Made by a program: the position numbers and the translations under genes. The notes beneath the pieces are model-generated. The model was not told where the DNA came from. It saw nothing but the letters and a program-made list of their open reading frames with translations, and did not search any database. 64,000 bases of DNA, taken from the IMG/VR virus record IMGVR_UViG_3300032295_004069; one strand, 5' to 3'. The DNA comes from a virus (lineage: Duplodnaviria; Heunggongvirae; Uroviricota; Caudoviricetes). Positions 55,546-64,000 of the stretch are shown here, in pieces (position 1 is the stretch's first letter; each line of letters begins with the position of its first letter).

Positions 55546-55969
55546 AATCTAACACTTTTTTTGTCGATTCTTCGACGCTTTCATTTGTTGTATTAATACT
55601 AAGATATCTTTCCGTTGGTTTCTCATATTCTTTAACAAAGAAGTCTTCTCTACCCCTAATTTCTGTTGTATGAATATAAACCTCAACAAGATTATCTCCC
55701 ATCTTTTCTTTGAACTTATCTCTTTGGTCTTTGTATGGGGAAACCAAAGATACCAAAACATCTTTACCTTTATTGGTAAGGAATTGAGCGATTTGTTGAG
55801 CAAGTTCAATATTTTTTCTACGACCTTGTTCAGAGTAATCTTTATTTTCGAACAGGTCTCTCAAATCATCACCATCAATATGAAAGATTCTGTTATCTTT
55901 TAATTCCAAGATTTCTTTACAAATTGTTGTCTTACCTGAGCCAGGCTGACCTGTTAGCCAAATAATCAT
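55520..55969 (-). CDS. P-loop nucleoside/nucleotide kinase-like protein
   Basis: IIWLTGQPGSGKTT Walker A at the N-terminus; small size. Confidence 0.5.
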   Translation of the reverse strand: MIIWLTGQPGSGKTTICKEILELKDNRIFHIDGDDLRDLFENKDYSEQGRRKNIELAQQIAQFLTNKGKDVLVSLVSPYKDQRDKFKEKMGDNLVEVYIHTTEIRGREDFFVKEYEKPTERYLSINTTNESVEESTKKVLDYEKNSRRR

Positions 55970-56205
55970 TTCTCTAAGTTTTTAATTTTTCTATCCAAAT
56001 AAAATGCGGCCTTTTTAAGGTCTTCCAATTCTTTGGTCAAACATTTTTTTCCAGCTCTCGCAACATATTTTACCACGTTGAATAGGTAGGCATCATTATC
56101 TAATCCCCAAGCCTCACAAACCTTTATTACTTCATATGGATTATCAACCCCACCATAATGTTGTGGGTTATTGACCATCTCTTTTTTTTCGATATCCGAA
56201 GACAT
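55966..56205 (-). CDS. DUF3310-like phage protein
   Basis: NPQHYGG...IKVCEAWGL pattern; recalled from memory, moderate. Confidence 0.35.
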   Translation of the reverse strand: MSSDIEKKEMVNNPQHYGGVDNPYEVIKVCEAWGLDNDAYLFNVVKYVARAGKKCLTKELEDLKKAAFYLDRKIKNLEK

Positions 56206-56295
56206 ATTAACCGTATTTTATTAAATAAATTATGATTATCACCCAACTAATTACTAAACCACTAAGGTATAGAACAAGACCTTTATCAACATTTT

Positions 56296-56934
56296 TCATT
56301 GTATCCAAGAGTTTTTATCATAACCTAATAAATCAAAGTAGTAAGTATTGTTGTAGTATATCAAATCAGCCAATCTTTTATTCAGAACAGGACGATTCAT
56401 ATAAACTTTACCTTTAAAAGGGTTCTTGTTTATCAATTTTTCCAGTTCACCTGATTTATAAAAATCTGATTCACAGATGAAAGGAATCTTTAGATAATCT
56501 TCTAATAGGTTTTCAACCCTAATGAAATAATCAGGTTTTCGATGCTTCAAATGAGATACAAAATTGAAATGATTACTTTCTTGGTATTCACTTTCTAATG
56601 ACCTCTCGAAATTTTCTTGAGCAGCGTTTCCATCATGACCTGCAGTTGCTTGGGTGTAAGGATTTCTACAAGTCATAATTAATTTATACTCTCTGTGGTT
56701 TTTTGGTAGACCTATAAAATGATTGTGTTCAAACCTTTGTTGATGAAGAGCATTACCATTTCTTACGTCATAGGAAAAAAATTCGAAGTTATCAAAAATT
56801 TTCCAAGCAAGTCTTGATGCAGTGCTTCTTGGTGTCCAAACTATAGCTTTATTCTTCTCCGAAATGTTCAGTGCTTGCATTATTACCCCACTTTTTTTCC
56901 ATGTACTCAATATACCTGTGAGTTTTATTTCCAT
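56296..56934 (-). CDS. sulfotransferase-family-like protein
   Basis: IVWTPRSTASRL (5'-PSB-like) and CRNPYT (3'-PB-like). Confidence 0.4.
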   Translation of the reverse strand: MEIKLTGILSTWKKSGVIMQALNISEKNKAIVWTPRSTASRLAWKIFDNFEFFSYDVRNGNALHQQRFEHNHFIGLPKNHREYKLIMTCRNPYTQATAGHDGNAAQENFERSLESEYQESNHFNFVSHLKHRKPDYFIRVENLLEDYLKIPFICESDFYKSGELEKLINKNPFKGKVYMNRPVLNKRLADLIYYNNTYYFDLLGYDKNSWIQ

Positions 56935-57000
56935 TATAGAACATCCATGCGATGTAATAATCGAACCACCAATCCAACTTCTTAAGAATTTTTTTCCTCA

Positions 57001-57216
57001 TTAACCGAAGTATTTTCCTATTGCTTCAAGTTTATCGTCAGCATCCACAAGCATTTGAAGAGCCTCTTCAGCGTTTTTATAAAAATCTCCTGTTGAATGG
57101 TCTCCAATACCTGCTGCGTGGTTTGATAGAAGTTCCAATGTTAAAAGTGCTTTTGACTTTTGTGCTTCAGCTTCCAAACGAAGCATCTCGAATAAATGAA
57201 TTTTTACGTTTCCCAT
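57001..57216 (-). CDS. hypothetical small protein
   Basis: ORF only. Confidence 0.35.
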   Translation of the reverse strand: MGNVKIHLFEMLRLEAEAQKSKALLTLELLSNHAAGIGDHSTGDFYKNAEEALQMLVDADDKLEAIGKYFG

Positions 57217-57467
57217 TATTGTTTGTTTTTATGTTTTTCGGAGCGTTCTCCTTTTTTATATACTTTCTTTTCAACTTGGTCCTGACTTGGTTCCGACTTG
57301 GTCCCGACTTGGTTCTCAACTTGTTTTCTTGTGGCATTTTTCCATTCTGTCTTGGAAACGTACTGCCAACTCAAACCTACCATGTTAATTGCGGTTTTGT
57401 CGTCAACTCTTTTGATGTCTCCGACTTCAACACCTTTTGATTCTCTGATTGCTTTAATACACTTCAT
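57216..57467 (-). CDS. hypothetical small protein
   Basis: ORF only. Confidence 0.35.
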   Translation of the reverse strand: MKCIKAIRESKGVEVGDIKRVDDKTAINMVGLSWQYVSKTEWKNATRKQVENQVGTKSEPSQDQVEKKVYKKGERSEKHKNKQ

Positions 57468-57705
57468 TGGTTTTTTCCTCCATGTTTTGATTTATAATTA
57501 ATAGAATTTCTTTTTCAGTTTTACCTTCTTTATAAAGGTTGTAAATCCTTGAACTTGTTGTGTCTTCAAAAATCAACATATCACTTTTACCATAATAACC
57601 TTTAAGGTCACCCTTGTTTAAAGCGTTGATACAGTGTTCCAAAACAACAAATCTTTTATTGAATCCCATAAAAACAATGATAATAAACTTATAACTCAGA
57701 GTCAA
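57454..57705 (-). CDS. hypothetical small protein
   Basis: ORF only. Confidence 0.35.
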   Translation of the reverse strand: MTLSYKFIIIVFMGFNKRFVVLEHCINALNKGDLKGYYGKSDMLIFEDTTSSRIYNLYKEGKTEKEILLIINQNMEEKTNEVY

Positions 57706-58468
57706 AGTTATTTATCTTTTCTAAATTAACAATTTGAAAAATATACGCCATTATTTTTCTTTTCATAATGGGTATGAATGTTGGTTCCATTGGGAAATCT
57801 TGAGAACATCTAACATCAAATATTGGTAACTCCTTAGTTGCTGGGTCCTCGCTCCAAGAGGAGTAGTTTTCAATTATAGAAACAAGAGTAGTTTCATTAG
57901 GCTCGGATTGATATAGATGTGTGAGATATATCTTATTGTTGAGTGGTTCGTTGTCGGGAGATTTGATTTCAAACTCCCAAATTGTAATTAGATTATCGGA
58001 TTTTTTGTAATGGTATGCAAAACCCCTTCTTTCAGATAATCTATGTTTGTTTTTCTTCAAAGATACTTCAATGTTATCGTAAGCCAAGTTCCAAATTGAC
58101 TTAGCAACATTAAATGCATCAAACAACTTATTACCTGAATATCTTATTGTCTTATCAAGCTCATCTGATTCATCATCAGACAGTAGTCTTGGTTTTTTTG
58201 GAACTAATTCTTTGAGTAGTATTTCATCATCACAAGATTCGAATACCTTATTTGTTAATAAAAGTTTGTTTTCCTTTACTAATGATTGGATGTTTGCCAA
58301 GTGAAGTGATAATTCTACAAAGTCTGGATAAATTTCTAAGTTGTTGAATCTATTTTCACATTTTTGAAGATAATCTAAAAGTGTATATTTGTTAAATTCG
58401 AAATCTACGGGTTTTTTCAACATCCACTCGGGGTCCAATTTAAATGATTGTTTTTTCTGTCTAGCCAT
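57689..58468 (-). CDS. hypothetical protein
   Basis: 259-aa ORF. Confidence 0.45.
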   Translation of the reverse strand: MARQKKQSFKLDPEWMLKKPVDFEFNKYTLLDYLQKCENRFNNLEIYPDFVELSLHLANIQSLVKENKLLLTNKVFESCDDEILLKELVPKKPRLLSDDESDELDKTIRYSGNKLFDAFNVAKSIWNLAYDNIEVSLKKNKHRLSERRGFAYHYKKSDNLITIWEFEIKSPDNEPLNNKIYLTHLYQSEPNETTLVSIIENYSSWSEDPATKELPIFDVRCSQDFPMEPTFIPIMKRKIMAYIFQIVNLEKINNFDSEL

Positions 58469-58495
58469 TATATAAAGGATAACAAAATTTTTATC

Positions 58496-60265
58496 TTAAT
58501 CAATTCTCATTACCCAATAGAAAGTACCTTGTACCTGAATTTCATCTGCACTTCCATCATAACCATTCAAAGTGTGACCGTATCCGTCAGCGTCTATTAC
58601 CGCGTCAATAAATTCATCTTTATCTATAAAATCTTCCCAATCCAATCCGTATTCATTGATAAAATGTTCAGGGTCACTTCTTGCGTCGTCGACAAGTTCG
58701 TCGATTTTTTCTTGTATCAAATCATCAGGGAAGTCCCCATCAGGGTCGTCTTTAATTGACTCTATTTCATCTTGCATCTCAGTAATGTAGTCTTGAAGTT
58801 CTTCAATTTTTTCATCAATTTGTTCTTCATTTTCCTCGTCTTTAATCTCCTCCAAATTTTCTATCTCTGTTTCAGTTTTACTAATTCTATATTCTAAAAC
58901 TTCAATTTCTTTTTCTTGTCTATCGGAAAGTTCTCTTTGATTTTCATCTAAATAAACTTCAGGATTACTATAAACGTCATCAGACCAAAAGTCTTCAGCA
59001 CGTTCAGCAACTTTTTCTGAATCAATGTGTGAAATAGCAAAACTCTTATTAAATCCATCGTAACCTATATCATCAATCAAATTATCAACTCTATCATAAC
59101 AACTCCTTTGAACTTCATCCTCATCACCAACTGCATATCTTCGGTCATCAATACCCGCATCTATCACTTCAAATTCAGTCATATTATAATAAGTTCCAGT
59201 TGGGATTATATTATAAACATCAATCTTATCTTCTAAGTCTGAAATCTCGTCTTCAACCTCATCAATTCTTTCTATTACTTCATCATATTCATCAGTTCCA
59301 TACTCTAATTCATTTTCCTGACTTTGTAATTCAGTAAGTAACTCTTTCAATTCCATAAGTCTTGCAGTCTCTTGGGGTGACCTTGCATCTACATCATTTT
59401 GGTCCACTAACCAATCCAACAAAGCATGAGCCTTCAAACCCTCTTCAGGACAATCAGGTCCCAACTCCCATTCGTTTTCAATTCTTCTATCTGAGGCTTC
59501 TTCTCTTCTATCTGATAATATTCTTTGGACTCTTAATTTTTCACGTATTTCCCTTTCCTTTCTTTCTTTTTCCTTGTCTGTAAAAATTTTGATTTGTTCT
59601 GCATATTGGATGTTCATGTATTTTTCAATCTCACTCATCATATCTTCATACGCCTTTGAACCCATTTGTGCGGGTAATATCATTGTGGTCTCATCAACAG
59701 CCGTCCAAAATGTGTTATTACCATCAAACTTTTTAAGGAGTGCAACCTTATAGAATGGGTCTGAGGATTCTAAATTTCTGTCCAAGATGTAAAACAATTT
59801 CCCATCTTTATTATATGTTTGGAATTGATAATCAGAATCCGCAGCAGTACACCACTTTGTACCTTTACCATAATGGCAAGATGCTTGATGTGTTTCAGGA
59901 TTAACAACAAAGTACCTCCCATCATCATAAACAACATTACCCCCATCTACTTTCTTATAATCTCTTTTTGGCTTATCAGCATAATCTTTCAATGCTTTAT
60001 ATAATTGTTCTACACTTTTGTAATCATTGATATCTGGTAAAGGAAGGTTTGACCCAATTTTTTCAAACTGTTTTAAATTACCTATAAGTGATTGAATATT
60101 TGATTGAAAGTTCATTGAATCGAAATTCTTACCTACCCATTCCAAAAACTTTTGAGGTACGTTATCAATAATGTATTTCACTTGTTCAGGTGAAAACTTG
60201 TTCGAATACTTCGTTTTGAAGTCATCAACCCTATTCTCTTTCAAAATTTGAAAAAAATTCATCAA
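58496..60265 (-). CDS. large, highly acidic (Asp/Glu-rich C-terminal half) hypothetical protein
   Basis: 589 aa; EYGTDEYDEVIERIDEVEDEISDLEDKID-type stretches. Confidence 0.5.
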   Translation of the reverse strand: MMNFFQILKENRVDDFKTKYSNKFSPEQVKYIIDNVPQKFLEWVGKNFDSMNFQSNIQSLIGNLKQFEKIGSNLPLPDINDYKSVEQLYKALKDYADKPKRDYKKVDGGNVVYDDGRYFVVNPETHQASCHYGKGTKWCTAADSDYQFQTYNKDGKLFYILDRNLESSDPFYKVALLKKFDGNNTFWTAVDETTMILPAQMGSKAYEDMMSEIEKYMNIQYAEQIKIFTDKEKERKEREIREKLRVQRILSDRREEASDRRIENEWELGPDCPEEGLKAHALLDWLVDQNDVDARSPQETARLMELKELLTELQSQENELEYGTDEYDEVIERIDEVEDEISDLEDKIDVYNIIPTGTYYNMTEFEVIDAGIDDRRYAVGDEDEVQRSCYDRVDNLIDDIGYDGFNKSFAISHIDSEKVAERAEDFWSDDVYSNPEVYLDENQRELSDRQEKEIEVLEYRISKTETEIENLEEIKDEENEEQIDEKIEELQDYITEMQDEIESIKDDPDGDFPDDLIQEKIDELVDDARSDPEHFINEYGLDWEDFIDKDEFIDAVIDADGYGHTLNGYDGSADEIQVQGTFYWVMRID

Positions 60266-60350
60266 CTTTTTATTTAATAAATATCTTTGGGTAATTATAA
60301 TTGGGATAAGAAACTATTTATTATAATAAACAATAAAAAAACTTTCAATC

Positions 60351-60539
60351 ATGGGATGCGGATGTAAAAATAAGGGTAATCAAGCTCAAAACACACCTGA
60401 ACAACAAAAATCACAACAAGAAGCCCTGCAACAAGCGGCAGTTCAAAGAAATGCGGATTTAAAAGAATCAATCAAAAAAACCGTTGAGAAATACTACAAC
60501 GTTAACAAAAGTAGTACCAATGGTTGGGTTAAAGGATAA
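60351..60539 (+). CDS. small Gln-rich protein (MGCGCKNKGNQ...)
   Basis: 62 aa; first gene of the plus-strand block. Confidence 0.35.
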   Translation: MGCGCKNKGNQAQNTPEQQKSQQEALQQAAVQRNADLKESIKKTVEKYYNVNKSSTNGWVKG

Positions 60540-60600
60540 TCGATTTTCGAAAAACTATTTGAAGGGACAATAAAATGTCCCTTTTTTTGTATTTATATAT

Positions 60601-61605
60601 ATGGAATATTCTCTTCGTGACTTCTTGGAAATGTTCAGAAACGCTGATTTGGATGTTGAAAAATATTTCAACAATTATGAGACGTTTTTTTCATTACTGA
60701 ACAAGAAAGGTCTAATGGATGATGTTGACCCAAGTGATGCCTCTGATGGTGATGATTGGGAAAATCATTACCTTATTTGGTTATATAACAACGACCGTCC
60801 AAAGTTTTATGAGTGGGTTCAAAATGTCTTAGGTGATATAACGATTGAGGGTAAAGAAGTTTTTTGGGAAGGTGATAGAGAGGATTTAGCCAAGTTATTT
60901 TGTGATGGACACAGATATGATTTGAGTCAAGATAGTGTTCGAAGTATTCTAAAAGGGGATGATGTATTCGAACCCTATTGGGATACAACAGATGATATAT
61001 ATAGAGATGTGGTTGAAGAATTAACCCCTGAAAACTTGGAATATTTCAAAAAAAGAGTATTGGAGGAGTTATCAGGAAAACAATTATCACCTGATACTAA
61101 TGAAATGGAAATGATTGCATCTGAACAAGGTCATGATGATTTTTTTGAAATTACAAAGGATAATGTAAGTAGATTAATTGATGATGAAGATTCTATGAAG
61201 TCATTATTTGAAAATGAGTTATCAGAAATCAAAAGTGATTTATATTCAATACATAGTAATTCATTCAATTCGGCTTATGAGACTGATGTATATAAATCAA
61301 TTTTTCACGAATTGGATGATTTTTTTGTTTCAGATAAAGGGGAATTTGTATACACACCTCACCCTTACAAAAAAGATGTTAAAGTTGAAAAATACAAGTT
61401 ACCCATCCGTAATTTTGAAGGTCTAATTGTGGATTATTTAGATAACAACAAAAACTATGGAAATTCAGGTACTTTGGGTTATCATGGTGGATTCTTAGAA
61501 ATTCTATACACAGACAAAGATTGTTTGAGTGTTAGAGTATCTGATTATCCAGATTCAAGAGAAGTTGATAAAAACATAAACAGTTATTTCAGAGATTTTT
61601 TCTAA
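60601..61605 (+). CDS. hypothetical acidic protein
   Basis: ATG at 60601 after TATTTATATATAT. Confidence 0.5.
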   Translation: MEYSLRDFLEMFRNADLDVEKYFNNYETFFSLLNKKGLMDDVDPSDASDGDDWENHYLIWLYNNDRPKFYEWVQNVLGDITIEGKEVFWEGDREDLAKLFCDGHRYDLSQDSVRSILKGDDVFEPYWDTTDDIYRDVVEELTPENLEYFKKRVLEELSGKQLSPDTNEMEMIASEQGHDDFFEITKDNVSRLIDDEDSMKSLFENELSEIKSDLYSIHSNSFNSAYETDVYKSIFHELDDFFVSDKGEFVYTPHPYKKDVKVEKYKLPIRNFEGLIVDYLDNNKNYGNSGTLGYHGGFLEILYTDKDCLSVRVSDYPDSREVDKNINSYFRDFF

Positions 61606-62390
61606 TGGCATATACAAAATATACTTTAGTAGAACAAAGAGGTTTTACCCCACCGAAAAACCCTCCGAAAAACATCAAGAACATTCTATCTCAGATTGAG
61701 TTGTTTGAGATGTATCCCAAGATATTTGCCCTAGTTATTAAAGATAACAGACTTAGAGCCAGAGTTTTCATGCGTTACCAAGAGTTTTATGAATCAGACT
61801 CAGAAACATTTAGAGGTAAAGGTTTTAGATGGTATGATTACGTTAAGTTTTATAAGAACAAAACCAAAAAAGATTATTTCTCATATCACGAAGATTGGGC
61901 TGGCTACAACATTCCTTGTGATTCAATCGAATCGTGTATGGCAGTTATTCCTGACGTAAATTTCTATGACCTGATAATGTTCAGTGTTATTGATACAATT
62001 AGAAGTATTGTCGGTGGTGAAAACTTTTACCTTATCGGTATCGACCAAAGTAATGGTGAAGACCCGTCTTTAATTTTCCATGAGGTTGCTCACGGACTTT
62101 ATTTTTCATCACCAATCTATAAAAACAAACAACTAAAAAACATCGAAAGATTATCCCCCAACATTAGAGAAAGTCTCTCGAAAAAAATATCTAACATGGG
62201 TTACGGTGAAAATGTTGTAAATGATGAGATTCAAGCCTATTTATCTACAGGGATTGATTATCCAATGACTGCGATTAAAGGAGTAAAAGAAGCGCAAATT
62301 CCATTCAAAGAAGTTTTTGATTCTTACGCTGGAAAAATTAAACCCAAAAAGATAAACATAGATTGGTCTACAGACTTAAGTAATGATTAA
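61605..62390 (+). CDS. hypothetical protein with HExxH motif (IFHEVAHGLY)
   Basis: Possible zincin fold; motif only. Confidence 0.4.
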   Translation: MAYTKYTLVEQRGFTPPKNPPKNIKNILSQIELFEMYPKIFALVIKDNRLRARVFMRYQEFYESDSETFRGKGFRWYDYVKFYKNKTKKDYFSYHEDWAGYNIPCDSIESCMAVIPDVNFYDLIMFSVIDTIRSIVGGENFYLIGIDQSNGEDPSLIFHEVAHGLYFSSPIYKNKQLKNIERLSPNIRESLSKKISNMGYGENVVNDEIQAYLSTGIDYPMTAIKGVKEAQIPFKEVFDSYAGKIKPKKINIDWSTDLSND

Positions 62391-63228
62391 ATTCGTCAAC
62401 ATATTAAAAAGTGTTATCACTGAAGCCAAAAGGTACAAATTTACGCCCGAAACATTAGATAGAATGAATAAGGTGGTAGACAAACTATGGGATGATAGAA
62501 AAAAAGACTACCAAAGAAGAAAAGAACTTATTGGTGTAATTCCAATTAAATTGGCTAATGGTGTTGACGGATTGGTAAGAATATATGTAAACCCAAGACT
62601 TAGTTATATAGGTTTGATGGATATTAAACCATCAAAATCTTTAGACCCAGCGGATTTGGTTATTGAGGTTAATCCAAAGTATTACGAGTCAAAGAAAAAT
62701 CTATATCTTACATTATACCATGAGATGATTCATGCTAGTGACCCAACACAAAGTGTTCAATGGTCACCAAAGTATATGATGACTTATGATGAAAAGTCTG
62801 ATGAGAAATATTGGGGTCACCCTATTGAGTTTTTTGCAATCTCAAATGAATTTTTAGAGGGGTTAGTAAAAGAATTCGACAGAAGAGTCAAAAGAACAAG
62901 AAAACCTGAAAACTTGCTAATACTTGAAAAGTCATTGAACAACATTCTAAATTACTTCTCTAAGAACGAACCTCTTAGTACTTTGAGTAAAGATATTTTG
63001 TTCAGAGTCAACGATGAATTTATTGGTGAAGACACACCAAAACAATTGAAGAATTGGACCGCCGACATGCCAAACTTAGCTGACTTCATATCAAGAGGTA
63101 CTGAAGAACCTTATTATCTTTATTATGTACAAATGATTAAGAAATTTAATCCAACAATTTGGAAGAAGTTCTTGAGTATGTTGTATGATACAACTTTTGA
63201 AATCAAAGAATTAATTCATAAAAAATAG
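62383..63228 (+). CDS. hypothetical protein with HExxH motif (LYHEMIHASDP)
   Basis: Motif only. Confidence 0.4.
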   Translation: MIKFVNILKSVITEAKRYKFTPETLDRMNKVVDKLWDDRKKDYQRRKELIGVIPIKLANGVDGLVRIYVNPRLSYIGLMDIKPSKSLDPADLVIEVNPKYYESKKNLYLTLYHEMIHASDPTQSVQWSPKYMMTYDEKSDEKYWGHPIEFFAISNEFLEGLVKEFDRRVKRTRKPENLLILEKSLNNILNYFSKNEPLSTLSKDILFRVNDEFIGEDTPKQLKNWTADMPNLADFISRGTEEPYYLYYVQMIKKFNPTIWKKFLSMLYDTTFEIKELIHKK

Positions 63229-63230
63229 GA

Positions 63231-64000
63231 TTATATTCCCAATTTCTTTTCTAAAATCTCTAATTTCTTTTCACTGTAGTCTAAAATTTGACTTTGTTGT
63301 TTGATTGCTTCAATACAAACTGCAATTAAAGAATCATATTTCACAACCAATATTTCATCGGAGTCCTCTTTACCTGCAACCAATTCAGGGAAGACAAGTT
63401 GTAATTCTTGGGCGATGAAACCGATATCCACTTGACCATTATTAATTGTTACATCATTCCAATTATAGTTTACCCCTCTAATCTTTGATATCTTTTGAAT
63501 CGCATCTGTAATAGGTCTGATGTTTGTCTTATATCTTATATCTGATGGACCTGTTGGGCCTGTTGGGCCTGAAGCACCTGGACCACCTTGTGCCCCTTGA
63601 GCACCTCCTGGTCCTGTCGGACCTGGTCCACCTGTAGCACCTGCCGCACCTCCACCACCTTGAGCACCTTGACCACCGCCAGGCCCTTGGAAACCTTGAG
63701 CTCCTCCCGCACCTTGGAAACCTTGAGCTCCTCCAGGTCCTTGTGCCCCTTGACCACCTTGGCTTCCTTGTCCCCCTTGAGCACCTTGGCCACCGCCAGG
63801 TCCTTGTGCTCCTTGAAATCCTTGACCTCCTTGAGCACCCTGAGCACCTTGACCACCGCCAGGTCCTTGTGCCCCTTGTGAACCAGTTGCACCTTGAGCA
63901 CCCTGAGCACCTTGTGAACCGCCAGGTCCTTGTGCCCCTTGTGAACCAGTTGCACCTTGAGCTCCTTGAGCACCTTGTGAACCGCCAGGTCCTTGTGCCC
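63231..64000 (-). CDS. collagen-like (Gly-X-Y repeat) tail-fibre protein with C-terminal S74-type intramolecular chaperone domain; 5' end beyond the window
   Basis: Correct minus frame reads ...GAQGPGGSQGAQGAQGATG...GPTGPTGPSDIRYKTNIRPITDAIQKISKIRGVNYNW...KKLGI*. Track ORFs 63536..63973 and 63588..63881 are off-frame readings of the repeat; 63231..63431 is its C-terminal tail. Confidence 0.75.
   Translation of the reverse strand, partial: AQGPGGSQGAQGAQGATGSQGAQGPGGSQGAQGAQGATGSQGAQGPGGGQGAQGAQGGQGFQGAQGPGGGQGAQGGQGSQGGQGAQGPGGAQGFQGAGGAQGFQGPGGGQGAQGGGGAAGATGGPGPTGPGGAQGAQGGPGASGPTGPTGPSDIRYKTNIRPITDAIQKISKIRGVNYNWNDVTINNGQVDIGFIAQELQLVFPELVAGKEDSDEILVVKYDSLIAVCIEAIKQQSQILDYSEKKLEILEKKLGI

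Noticed and set aside
63536-63973. Track ORFs 63536..63973 (-) and 63588..63881 (+) with low-complexity K/L/V-rich or S/T/L-rich products
   Set aside because: Both are out-of-frame readings of the Gly-X-Y collagen repeat. The correct minus frame is continuous with 63231..63431 and gives GAQGPGG...PSDIRYKTNI.
1-64000. Searched by eye for CRISPR arrays, integrase/att sites, reverse transcriptase (retron/DGR) and transposases
   Set aside because: No regularly spaced direct repeats, no tyrosine/serine recombinase motifs and no YxDD RT motif recognised in this window; prophage versus free phage status cannot be decided here

Overview
The window is a 64 kb, AT-rich (roughly one-third GC by eye), densely packed stretch of DNA. 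More than 85% of it is transcribed from the minus strand in long runs of short genes that often overlap by 4 nt. Gene ends are marked by canonical rho-independent terminators (GC stem followed by a U-tract). Gene content points to a large tailed phage or prophage of a Bacteroidota-like host. The window ends inside a collagen-repeat tail-fibre gene with a C-terminal S74-type intramolecular chaperone domain. Signal peptides and lipoboxes are Bacteroidota-like. There are DNA methyltransferases, a GIY-YIG homing endonuclease, a UmuC/UmuD' pair, a UvrC-like nuclease, a Nudix hydrolase, a PduO-type cobalamin adenosyltransferase, an NMNAT-like nucleotidyltransferase with a kinase, a DHH phosphoesterase, and a block of host-like envelope and glycan genes (UDP-galactopyranose mutase, glycosyltransferases, LamG lipoprotein, outer-membrane protein, DoxX).

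The most unusual item is a roughly 2 kb non-coding, GC-elevated minus-strand locus at 47.56-49.5 kb. It holds an initiator-like tRNA-Met(CAT), an upstream tRNA-like element, and about 1.2 kb that carries, in the correct order and relative spacing, recognisable but strongly diverged versions of universal SSU (16S) rRNA signature blocks. The locus ends in a strong terminator.

Other notable observations:
- More than 20 otherwise unrelated proteins share an N-terminal leader motif (MKKIIKLTESDLxRIVKRVIxEQ or MKYIITESxL), and a stand-alone C39-like peptidase sits nearby.
- Perfect DnaA boxes and G-tracts cluster at the only major strand-switch region (11.2-13.2 kb), a candidate replication origin.
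- A GC-rich palindromic island lies at 5.7 kb.
- Palindromic operator-like pairs and a conserved TATTTATTG motif sit immediately 5' of start codons.

The ORF track evidently accepts TTG and GTG as starts, so several starts were moved to the downstream ATG. Hand-counted coordinates may be off by 1-2 nt. No integrase, CRISPR array or reverse transcriptase was seen.
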